A DNA stretch of 64,000 nucleotides from an uncultured archaeon (GTDB lineage: Archaea > Asgardarchaeota > Thorarchaeia > Thorarchaeales > Thorarchaeaceae), in NCBI GenBank assembly GCA_964631415.1, contig CAZVZC010000004.1, positions 13,814-77,813 on the forward strand. The letters run 5' to 3'. The notes beneath the pieces were generated by a model. That model did not search any database. It had not been told where the DNA came from and was given only the letters and a program-made list of their open reading frames with translations. The position numbers and the translations under genes were made by a program. The stretch's first letter is position 1. The number at the start of each line of letters is the position of its first letter. Below are positions 1 to 7,898 of this stretch, piece after piece.

Positions 1-444
1 CGATTCCTTCTCGACAACATCCGCGGCGACCCTCTGAAACGCCTGCGTCTTGACTAGGGTCCTGGCGGCGTTGGCGGTGCTTGCATCGGCAGCGATGCTC
101 TCCATACGGACTGCACGTACGAGGTAGGCGTGATGCTTGCGTACATGAGCGATGAAGCTATCAGCTAGTACGCTGCCGTTTCCAGAACTGGCAACTATGA
201 GGCTGCCCACGCCACTCGAGAATACAGGTTTCAGAGCAGCAATGATGGCGTTGAAGAAGTTGTAGCGGTCACCTTCGGTGCCACCGTCGCGATCTCTGGG
301 CCAGTCAATTGACCCGTGTTGTTTGATGGATTGGCTGTGCACGACCCAGAGGACTGCGCAATGGTTATCCAATCCCACCAGTGCAGCGACAGCATATCCT
401 CGCCGCGGACGTCCAATGCCACGATTCCTACTACGTTCAGGCAT
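1..444 (-). CDS. conserved archaeal protein resembling eRF1/pelota middle domains (baeRF-like); 3' end runs off the window edge
   Basis: Manually translated open frame from ATG 444 to position 1, not in the ORF track: MPERSRNRGIGRPRRGYAVAALVGLDNHCAVLW...YNFFNAIIAALKPVFSSGVGSLIVAS...FIAHVRKHH; alpha/beta pattern like release-factor domain 2. Confidence 0.6.
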   Translation of the reverse strand, partial: MPERSRNRGIGRPRRGYAVAALVGLDNHCAVLWVVHSQSIKQHGSIDWPRDRDGGTEGDRYNFFNAIIAALKPVFSSGVGSLIVASSGNGSVLADSFIAHVRKHHAYLVRAVRMESIAADASTANAARTLVKTQAFQRVAADVVEKES

Positions 445-483
445 AGCACTCTCACGACCTGACCTGTGCAATCAGGGAAGACC

Positions 484-720
484 TCATATTACCGGTTTTC
501 CGGAGGCCTGCTTCACAATCGCCCTTACTCGGCCGACCTGTCCGTCCTTCAGCCGGACCTTTATGCCGCGAGGATGAATGGAGGAGTTCGTTAGAATATC
601 ACTGACAACGCCCCGGGTCAGCTTGCCTGTGGCTTGGTCCTTCTTGAGAATCACATCGACAACAAGACCCGGGTGGATGTTCTCTCGATGTGTTCCTGCA
701 TTATCGGTTTCTGTGTTCAT
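484..720 (-). CDS. ywbE: YwbE / DUF2196 family small SH3-like protein
   Basis: IHPGLVVDVILKKDQATGKLTRGVVSDILTNSSIHPRGIKVRLKDGQVGRV matches the recalled family consensus. Confidence 0.85.
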   Translation of the reverse strand: MNTETDNAGTHRENIHPGLVVDVILKKDQATGKLTRGVVSDILTNSSIHPRGIKVRLKDGQVGRVRAIVKQASGKPVI

Positions 721-976
721 CTTGGCTCACGGAAAGCAACGTAGGACTGTTAAACGTGTGCACTCGTCCACGTGACAGAACTCTCTCACACGAACATCAC
801 TGATGACTCTGCACATCTGATCAGTGTCCTCTCACCATTCCTCAGAGGATTGATGGGTGATGAAATGGACGTTCTCTTTCTACTTCGTAACATCACACAC
901 AGGTGCGGTTGATGTCCGCTACAGTTTCTAGGAACTCACTCAAGAGCAGCAAAGACTGAGCCGTACGATAGGAAAT

Positions 977-1288
977 CTATGCGACGCCGAGAACCTTCTT
1001 CATGGCCCTTTGGTAATCGAGGAAGGCTCTTCGGCCCCTACCAGTGAGCTTCAGGGTTGTGCGGGGTTTCTTGCCCACGAACTCCTTGATCACCTCGACG
1101 TATCCCGCCGCCTCCAACTTCATGGTATGAGATGATAGGTTGCCCCATGTGAAACCAGTCTGGCGTTGAAGGAAGAGTAAGTCCGCGCTTTCTACGACAT
1201 ACAGCTGTGCCACTATCTTCAGCCTAGCAGGCTCGTGGATTATTCTGTCAATCTCGCCTTCCACGTCCTTCCTTTCACTGGACGCCAT
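977..1288 (-). CDS. winged-helix transcriptional regulator (HTH_34, ArsR/MarR-like)
   Basis: DRIIHEPARLKI...FTWGNLSSHTMKLEAAGYVEVIKEFVGKKPRTTLKLT; overlaps the upstream membrane gene. Confidence 0.9.
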   Translation of the reverse strand: MASSERKDVEGEIDRIIHEPARLKIVAQLYVVESADLLFLQRQTGFTWGNLSSHTMKLEAAGYVEVIKEFVGKKPRTTLKLTGRGRRAFLDYQRAMKKVLGVA

Positions 1289-1904
1289 TCGCAGAATCCT
1301 CCGTGATGAGAACCGGATACGTGCTCAGGAAGCGAGCTAGGATCATCCCACCGACAAGACCGATCATGCCGGCTAAAGAGAAGAGGTACACGACCAGTCT
1401 ATCTAGTGGAGTTGGAAAGGCAAGCTGAGAGAATAACAGTCCAAGCACGATGCTAAGGCCAGCCAGACCATAGTACCTCTTTAGACCGGACTTGCTCACA
1501 AGGTACATCGACGGGCCCACAAAGACCAGTCCGAATGCGGCAGGAGCCCAGATGAGCCAAGGGTACAGGTACGTCAGTTCTAGATGGGAAGCAATCACCA
1601 TGAAACCCAGGATTATGACTAGGGGCACCACAGTGAGCAGGAAACCGGTGACTGATAGCTGCTGTTTCTCCTCACGAAGCTTGAACTTGCCAAGCCTGGG
1701 GTATGTATACTGCTCCCTGAACTTCTCGATGGCTGTTGTCTGAAAGACTATGATTATCGCTAGGAAGATGACGAACCTGCCGTCGACGAGCACAACTCCA
1801 GAGAAAGCGAGCATCAGTGCCATCATCATCTCTTGCAGGCCGTCCTTCATCGACTCGCGATGCACATTCTGCTCAAGTTCGAACAAGTCCGTTTCAGTTG
1901 ACAT
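1275..1904 (-). CDS. multi-pass membrane protein, partner of the HTH_34 regulator
   Basis: About 6 hydrophobic segments; YTYPRLG motif; overlaps the regulator start. Confidence 0.8.
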   Translation of the reverse strand: MSTETDLFELEQNVHRESMKDGLQEMMMALMLAFSGVVLVDGRFVIFLAIIIVFQTTAIEKFREQYTYPRLGKFKLREEKQQLSVTGFLLTVVPLVIILGFMVIASHLELTYLYPWLIWAPAAFGLVFVGPSMYLVSKSGLKRYYGLAGLSIVLGLLFSQLAFPTPLDRLVVYLFSLAGMIGLVGGMILARFLSTYPVLITEDSANGVQ

Positions 1905-1939
1905 CTTAGACGCCTCAATACGGAAGCTATACTCTGTGA

Positions 1940-1955
1940 TACAAAGTACTTTGTA
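1940..1955. promoter_or_regulatory. perfect 16-bp palindrome TACAAAGTACTTTGTA, putative operator, next to TATA-like TTATAG (1964-1959, minus)
   Basis: Exact self-complementary sequence 36-51 nt upstream of ATG 1904. Confidence 0.65.
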
Positions 1956-2048
1956 CGTCTATAAGCTTATGCTCTCGAGCAAGCAACTGCAGATTTCGAC
2001 TGCAAGACTACATATTGGCTGAGGGGCGGTTCGGGGGTAGATTGCTTC

Positions 2049-2825
2049 TCACCGTGTCCAATCTTTCAGGGCAACCTTGACCGAACGACGCATTTCTGCT
2101 GCAAACCCAGAACCAGTTTTCCGCAAGTAGACACTCTGTCCTATGTTCTGAGTGTCGCCGTAGAAACCATCTGATATCCCAAAGTGTTCCATAAGCATGG
2201 TATCGAACTGTCGCCCATCTACTCGAGAGTATTTGTCCTTGAAGTATACGAATCGTTCCGGAAAGCGCGGAGATTTCTTGCGTATCGCTTCATGCTTGAT
2301 AGGATATCCGAAACACAGTAGTGCGATCGGGAAGACCCATTTTGGCAGGTCAAACATCTCACGGTGAATCTCTATGTTCTCCATTATGTCACCAATGTAA
2401 CACGAACCTATCCCGAGTGATTCGGCGGCTATCACGGCGTTCTGTGCCGCCACCAACGCATCACAGCAGGCAAGCAACAGGTCAGATTCCTTAGGAGTGG
2501 AGTACTCGATCTGGCGGTCCTCACAGAGCTCAGGGACACGTGAGAACTCAAAGAAGTCATACCATCTCTGTAAATCCGCAAGAAACAGGAGCACCAGAGG
2601 GGCTTTAGCGATGAAGGGCTGGTTGTCACACGTCTTCACCAATCGATCTTTCTTCTGTTGGTCTGCCACTTCAATAATCGAATAATGCATCATGTTCCCT
2701 GCAGTGGGTGCGCGCATGGCGCTGTATATGATCCAGTCTTTGTGCTCTGCACTGATAGGTCGAGAGTCATAGCCTCTCAGGGATTTGCGATTGTCGATTA
2801 CCTTCAGGGTTTCATTCATGAGCAA
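2049..2825 (-). CDS. NfrA/NfsA-like FMN-dependent nitroreductase
   Basis: IDNRKSLRGY, APTAGNMMHYSII, AESLGIGSCYIG, LCFGYP motifs. Confidence 0.9.
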   Translation of the reverse strand: MLMNETLKVIDNRKSLRGYDSRPISAEHKDWIIYSAMRAPTAGNMMHYSIIEVADQQKKDRLVKTCDNQPFIAKAPLVLLFLADLQRWYDFFEFSRVPELCEDRQIEYSTPKESDLLLACCDALVAAQNAVIAAESLGIGSCYIGDIMENIEIHREMFDLPKWVFPIALLCFGYPIKHEAIRKKSPRFPERFVYFKDKYSRVDGRQFDTMLMEHFGISDGFYGDTQNIGQSVYLRKTGSGFAAEMRRSVKVALKDWTR

Positions 2826-2902
2826 GCTCTTGTTGGGCTTTCACTTAACAATTATCTCTCTGCGTTCTGAACCATTCGTCAGAACATCCCACCGTCGTCT
2901 GC

Positions 2903-3823
2903 CTAGAGCCGTTTCCTGTAGGTATTGATGAAGGGAGCTGCAGCGACTCCGAGGCGAGAGAACAAATCATTGTACGCCTTGACATTGTCGGGCAACAAGG
3001 TCATGCGAAATCTCTTGAGCCCGTCCTTTGCCCCCGCCTCAATCAGCCTTCTGATGATCCTTCCGCCCACATCAGACAGGTCGACACCCGGAACCATCAT
3101 GACCCTGAGAACTCGCGCCACATCAGGCTCATTGTCTGGAACGGTCATAGCGGAAGCGGCTACTGTCTTGTTGTCCTTACGAAACACCGCCACTCTCCTG
3201 AAGTATGAATCCTTGGCGCCCGACTCATACTGATCCATGAGCAGTTTCACTCGTTCGACCGGGAATCCCAACCCGGCCAGCATTGTACCGAAGACGTCCC
3301 GGTCTTTGCCTCGCTCGTACTGTTCAACACCTCCTGCAGCGGGAAGATGCGAGAAGTCGATGGACGAGATGTTCTTCTCCGCAAGGTACTGTGAAACTCC
3401 AGCATCCTCGAACTTGTACTGCTTGAGAAGAGTTTCCCAGTTGCCCCATCCCTTTCCGACTTCTGTTGTGACAACTGATATGCCTCTCTCCTTGAGAACC
3501 TTGAGAGCGTGGTCCATGAGTGCCTTCTGTGCCCCCTCGTGCCCTTTCTTGACGAGTGGGAGCCTCATGACTGCCGTCTTCTCAGGGGTACCACTTACCA
3601 AGGATGCAGTCAGATAGCCCACCAGCGCACCTTTCACCAATGCATAGAATCTCGTGCTGGGGTCAAAACCTAGACCCGAGTAGGTCTTCCTGAGCTCTTC
3701 GGCGGGAGTCTGCCGGTACTGAGTCCAGTGCTTCGTGGCCTCGCTTCCGATTCTCGCCTGTTCCTCGATGAACTTCTCTTCGTAAGTCTTGATCTCGTAG
3801 GATGCTGTCTTTCGACTTGCCAT
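2903..3823 (-). CDS. tandem GNAT-fold acetyltransferase-like protein; start likely ATG 3823 or 3832 rather than 3931
   Basis: Two GNAT-like halves (GALVGYLTA...RLPLVKKGHEGAQKALMDHALKVLKERG; VAASAM...VGGRIIRRLIEAGAKDG). Confidence 0.65.
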   Translation of the reverse strand: MASRKTASYEIKTYEEKFIEEQARIGSEATKHWTQYRQTPAEELRKTYSGLGFDPSTRFYALVKGALVGYLTASLVSGTPEKTAVMRLPLVKKGHEGAQKALMDHALKVLKERGISVVTTEVGKGWGNWETLLKQYKFEDAGVSQYLAEKNISSIDFSHLPAAGGVEQYERGKDRDVFGTMLAGLGFPVERVKLLMDQYESGAKDSYFRRVAVFRKDNKTVAASAMTVPDNEPDVARVLRVMMVPGVDLSDVGGRIIRRLIEAGAKDGLKRFRMTLLPDNVKAYNDLFSRLGVAAAPFINTYRKRL

Positions 3824-4020
3824 GTTTCTCATGTCCTCTGTGTGCAGCCGTCTAGCGGCCCATGTCCCTCTTGTGAGAGTTTCAGGTTTCTCTTGTGTCT
3901 TCCTCCGCAATAAGAGTGGGGGTGTGCGCATTAGACTATGGAACGCTTATTGAACAGAAACCCCACAACCGGTGAGGCACACATGCCCGGCAGTCACCCA
4001 GATGCCGAGGCTTTGCGGGT

Positions 4021-4740
4021 TTAATGGCTCGCATTGCCGACAGACACAAGACTCATTGAGAGCACAACGGGGTTTCGAATCGGCTTTCTCCAGTCGCGTC
4101 GCTTCGTCTTATGCTTGCCATCGAACCACTCGACGAAGTCCTGTAGGCTCTTCAAGACCTCACCCGGGTTCTCACCCTCGCCGACACGGAAGACCATGAG
4201 CTTCGTCACCACATTGGGTGAAGAATCCCTCATTTCTTCTTGGCACGACATAGAGATCAGCAACTGGGTTGTGTGTTGATTGAGAGTAGCTGGAAGGAAC
4301 TCAAGGTTTCTGATCCATTCGGCCACCAAGCCCGCTCTGCCTTGTGACTCAGCGTAAGATGCAAGATCCAGAGAACTGAGCTCCTTGTTCATCTCAATGA
4401 TATTCTGGGAGATGTAGTAGTGCTGAGAGTATCTCTTGTCTGCCACTTCCGAGTCCGCCTCCTGTGCAAGCACGCCTGCTTCCGACATCAACGCGAGGCT
4501 GCGAAACATGGTCGCTTTGCTCAGACCGGTTGCATTTCTCAGCTCTGCTGGCGTTGTCTTTCCGAACAACATGAGATAGGAGTAAATGGATAGGCAGGAA
4601 TCAATCTTGATGATCCGACTCATCAGTTCCATTGTTCTCAGCTTGGCCTGCAGCTCTGAGTCCGTGCGGTTCGTCGGAATTGTAGTACACCTCCCAACTT
4701 GGGACTGAGATGGTGGACTCCTCCTGGTTGGCGAGTCCAA
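4021..4740 (-). CDS. winged-helix transcriptional regulator with C-terminal helical domain; start TTG 4740 or ATG 4632
   Basis: IYSYLMLFGKTTPAELRNATGLSKATMFRSLALMSEAGVL helix-turn-helix plus wing. Confidence 0.8.
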   Translation of the reverse strand: MDSPTRRSPPSQSQVGRCTTIPTNRTDSELQAKLRTMELMSRIIKIDSCLSIYSYLMLFGKTTPAELRNATGLSKATMFRSLALMSEAGVLAQEADSEVADKRYSQHYYISQNIIEMNKELSSLDLASYAESQGRAGLVAEWIRNLEFLPATLNQHTTQLLISMSCQEEMRDSSPNVVTKLMVFRVGEGENPGEVLKSLQDFVEWFDGKHKTKRRDWRKPIRNPVVLSMSLVSVGNASH

Positions 4741-4743
4741 CCT

Positions 4744-4759
4744 ATCTCATGTGTGAGCC
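4744..4759. promoter_or_regulatory. degenerate copy of operator ATCTCA-N4-TGAGAT (here ATCTCA-TGTG-TGAGCC), below TATA-like TTTTTA
   Basis: Shares 10 of 12 arm bases with the two copies at 5691 and 5716; directly upstream of the wHTH gene. Confidence 0.5.
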
Positions 4760-4785
4760 GTGTAAAAAGCTCACCTACTGTCGCT

Positions 4786-5664
4786 CTAGCTAGCCGTCCC
4801 AATCCTGAGAAGAGCAAACCTTCTGTTGGGGTAGTCGATCACAACTTCTAGGTCCCTCATGAAAGGATACCCGATAATGCCGTCACGTATCAGCTCGCCA
4901 CGGGGCGATACCACCTTCAGGTCGATGACTGCCGCTATTGTGTTCTTTTGGGTGACCGGACCGACAGTGAGGCTATCGATCTGAACACCATATGCCTGTG
5001 CTCTTCCCCCTACGCCTTGGCATCCATCCGCACATCCCCGATTGGTGGGACTGGCAACTTGAACTGCGGCCACCGCCTGATCTTCAGTGAAACCCAGCTG
5101 CTGTGCAATCCGGGGTGTGATTACTGTTCCTCCTGACCCTGTGTCAACCACAAGATGGAAGGGGCCATTTCCATTGATGTACGTTGGCACGCTTATCAGA
5201 TGCGAGTCTTCGACGTACTGCAACTCCTGCCAAGATAGGTTCTTGTCGCGGCGTGAGGTAGCACCCTTCGCCCGCTCCAATTTCATCTTCTTGGCGGGGT
5301 AGTTCACTGACATCACGTAGTTCTTCAGGAATGAGTGCCCGATGACGCCGGGGGTGAAACAGAAACCCCCCATGGCTGAATCGAAGTCTATGACGAGCAC
5401 TTCCTCATTCTCAACAACCTCTGTTCCTATTTGCAGTCTGTCAACCTTGGCAAATGCAACCGGAACACGACCGCCCCCGACACCGGACACAATCTTCCTG
5501 TCACCCTCGTAGGTCCGGATGCTGAGCTCCTCCGCCAGCGATTTTGAAATCGTTGTCGCAATCGCCCCGGTATCCAGTGTGAAGGTGAAGGGGCCCTGCC
5601 CATTCACGAAGACCGGCAGATGCGGATGACCCGACTCAGCACCAATGTCAAACTTGATTTCCAT
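4786..5664 (-). CDS. two-domain retropepsin-like aspartyl protease
   Basis: Two catalytic motifs, FTLDTGA and LVVDTGS, each followed by a GVIG/GIIG(Y)xFL closing motif. Confidence 0.9.
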   Translation of the reverse strand: MEIKFDIGAESGHPHLPVFVNGQGPFTFTLDTGAIATTISKSLAEELSIRTYEGDRKIVSGVGGGRVPVAFAKVDRLQIGTEVVENEEVLVIDFDSAMGGFCFTPGVIGHSFLKNYVMSVNYPAKKMKLERAKGATSRRDKNLSWQELQYVEDSHLISVPTYINGNGPFHLVVDTGSGGTVITPRIAQQLGFTEDQAVAAVQVASPTNRGCADGCQGVGGRAQAYGVQIDSLTVGPVTQKNTIAAVIDLKVVSPRGELIRDGIIGYPFMRDLEVVIDYPNRRFALLRIGTAS

Positions 5665-5690
5665 TGCATTTCACCACGTACTCAATACCC

Positions 5691-5738
5691 ATCTCATTGT
5701 TGAGATATAATACCTATCTCAGTGATGAGATATATTAA
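5691..5738 (-). promoter_or_regulatory. tandem palindromic operators ATCTCA-N4-TGAGAT (5691-5706, 5716-5731) with TATA box TTAATATA (5738-5731)
   Basis: Two perfect 6+6 inverted repeats, 25 bp apart, between the TATA box and protease ATG 5664. Confidence 0.8.
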
Positions 5739-5859
5739 GTCTTTCTGTCGGAACAGAGCTCCCAGCGCGGTTCAGGTGTAGGAGCGTGTTTCTGGATGGA
5801 CACCAGTCAGTCCATCTTTGTTTGCATCAATCCTCGCTTGGTCCGCACGTGCTAAGTCA

Positions 5860-6270
5860 TCAGACGGACACACCATAGTACCACTGGTACCAGTGTTCAC
5901 TGTCGATGGACGCAACAATGGCCGCAGCTGGGTTTGTGTGGCTGCTTGACACAACTCGAGGAGGAACAAGGACCATACCTCCAATCGAAGTGTTGAGAAG
6001 CTCGAACGATCCATCTAAGAATGTAGTCTTGAAGTGCACACGAATCGGAACATCTAGTGGGACTTCCTCTCTATATAGGAACGTGAAGTTTACGGAGTAG
6101 AAGAGCACAGAGTACGATGCGTTCATGTTTAGGTCGTACATCTGTGATTTGTGCCACAATCCCTCGAGCCCATCAATTGTCCTTACGTCAGCAAGAGCCA
6201 CCACCATCCCTGTGACTAAGTAGGCTATGACAATGACTGCGATGCCCGATTGTCGTCTATTCAGCCTCAG
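5860..6270 (-). CDS. small exported or membrane-anchored beta-rich hypothetical protein; probable CTG start upstream of the track ATG 6207
   Basis: Frame stays open 28 codons upstream of 6207 and encodes LRLNRRQSGIAVIVIAYLVTGMVVALA (basic n-region plus hydrophobic helix). Confidence 0.55.
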   Translation of the reverse strand: MRLNRRQSGIAVIVIAYLVTGMVVALADVRTIDGLEGLWHKSQMYDLNMNASYSVLFYSVNFTFLYREEVPLDVPIRVHFKTTFLDGSFELLNTSIGGMVLVPPRVVSSSHTNPAAAIVASIDSEHWYQWYYGVSV

Positions 6271-6315
6271 ACCACTGATCCCCGGTTGTGATTAGGTCAA
6301 ATAGCTAGATGAACC

Positions 6316-7527
6316 TTACTCACTCCGCAGGTCCTCCTGCTGACCAACAGACAAGGACTGTGCCATTCTGGAGAAGAGTGGCATGACAACGAAGATGGAA
6401 CCTATGACTACTATCGCCGTCAGCGTAAGAAAGTCCGTTCCAACGTATCCCGAGGCAAAAGCCTCCCGTGCGATGATAAGTGACATCTCTCCTCTCACAG
6501 CCAAGCCGAGTGTCGAACTCAGCAGGATTCTGCCATGCAGCCCCGCGGCCCGTCCCCCGGCTAGACCTCCGCCCAGCCTTGCACCAATAGCCACGACCAG
6601 GATGACGAAGGCCGTTGGCAGAAGGAGTGGAATATCGAAGGGGTTGATCGCCAGCCCAATACTGGCGAAGAAGACAGCTGTAAAGATGTCCTTCGTCATT
6701 CCCAGCTGTTTTTCGAGATTCTCGCCCACAGGCTTGTAGGGAATGATGGCGCCCACAATGAAAGCTCCTGTGACAGCGGCTAAGCCCACGGAGGTTGCCG
6801 CGAACGCGAAGACCAATCCCAGCCCAAGGAGCACTGGGAAGAGTGTTTCGTCAGACAGCCGACCCTCAAGCCGAACTATTACACGAGGCAGGAGTTTTCC
6901 TCCGAGGAGAACCGACCCGACTATGAATGCGGTCGAGATCAGACCGACACCAAGCAGATTGACCGGCACCAGGACACCACTGGCCATGACAGCTAGCGCA
7001 ACGGTCAGAATGATGAGACCCTCCACATCGTCAAGTACGCATGCAGTAAGAAGGGTTGAACCGTCTTGGGTTCTTACTAGCTTGTTACTGCTCAACAAGG
7101 CTGCCACTACACTTGTTCCGCTCGGTGAGATTACAGCTCCGAGCAAGAAAGATGTGTTGCTCGGGAAACCCAGAGCCAATCCAACACCGTATCCGCAGAC
7201 TAGTGAGAGCAACACTCCGACGGTCGTCAGGAGGAAAGCTCTTCTTCCCATTTTCCAGAAGGCGGATACTTCGAACTCTAGTCCAGTGGTAAAGAGAAGC
7301 AGGACAACGCCTAGAACAGCAAGGAAATTGATGGTGGCAAGATCCGTGACAAGACCAAGTCCTCCAGGGCCACCAATGAATAGCCCGACCAAGATGGCCC
7401 CAATCAGGCCGGGGAGGTTCAGCCGCTTGAACACCCCCGATACGATGGAACAGACAATTATCAACAGTCCCACTTGGTAGAGTAGGAAGACGGTTTGTTC
7501 TCCCGCCATGGGTTGGCAGCGGCTCAC
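6316..7527 (-). CDS. CPA2-family cation:proton antiporter (KefB/NapA-like)
   Basis: About 12 TM segments; LLFTTGLE, SPSGTSVV, ACVLDDVEG, VRGEMSLIIA motifs. Confidence 0.9.
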   Translation of the reverse strand: MSRCQPMAGEQTVFLLYQVGLLIIVCSIVSGVFKRLNLPGLIGAILVGLFIGGPGGLGLVTDLATINFLAVLGVVLLLFTTGLEFEVSAFWKMGRRAFLLTTVGVLLSLVCGYGVGLALGFPSNTSFLLGAVISPSGTSVVAALLSSNKLVRTQDGSTLLTACVLDDVEGLIILTVALAVMASGVLVPVNLLGVGLISTAFIVGSVLLGGKLLPRVIVRLEGRLSDETLFPVLLGLGLVFAFAATSVGLAAVTGAFIVGAIIPYKPVGENLEKQLGMTKDIFTAVFFASIGLAINPFDIPLLLPTAFVILVVAIGARLGGGLAGGRAAGLHGRILLSSTLGLAVRGEMSLIIAREAFASGYVGTDFLTLTAIVVIGSIFVVMPLFSRMAQSLSVGQQEDLRSE

Positions 7528-7623
7528 CTGGTGCTTAAGGCCCTTTCTGGAAGTCGAGATGCTCTCCTAATTCCAGTATACAAAGGTGTATATGGCACGG
7601 CTCGTTAACTATAGTGAACACAT

Positions 7624-7866
7624 ATGAAGGTAATGAGCAAGACTACGAATCTGTCTCCGAAGGAGATCATTGACAGGGCAGAGGCGTTCTTCAATGGGAA
7701 GTATGGACTGAAAATGCTTGAGTCCAGCGAATCCTGTTGTGCATATTTCCAGAGTGATATCGGTTTTGTTTCACTTCGGATTGTGACCTTAGGCAAACGT
7801 AATGAAGCCATACTGGAAACTCGTGAATGGGACTATCAGATTCAGGAGTTTCTGAAAACGCTCTAG
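7624..7866 (+). CDS. small conserved hypothetical protein with vicinal Cys-Cys and ETREWD motif
   Basis: SPKEIIDRAEAFF...ESCCAYFQSDIGFV...LETREWDYQIQEFL; protein-like composition, upstream TATA-like sequence. Confidence 0.7.
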   Translation: MKVMSKTTNLSPKEIIDRAEAFFNGKYGLKMLESSESCCAYFQSDIGFVSLRIVTLGKRNEAILETREWDYQIQEFLKTL

Positions 7867-7898
7867 ACAAGATTGCAGGGAAGTTGTTGATAATCCGC

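Noticed and set aside
801-863. Possible C/D box sRNA (TGATGA 801-806, CTGA 817-820, TGATGA 858-863)
   Set aside because: Box spacing is too long for an archaeal C/D guide and no terminal D box lies near the second C box
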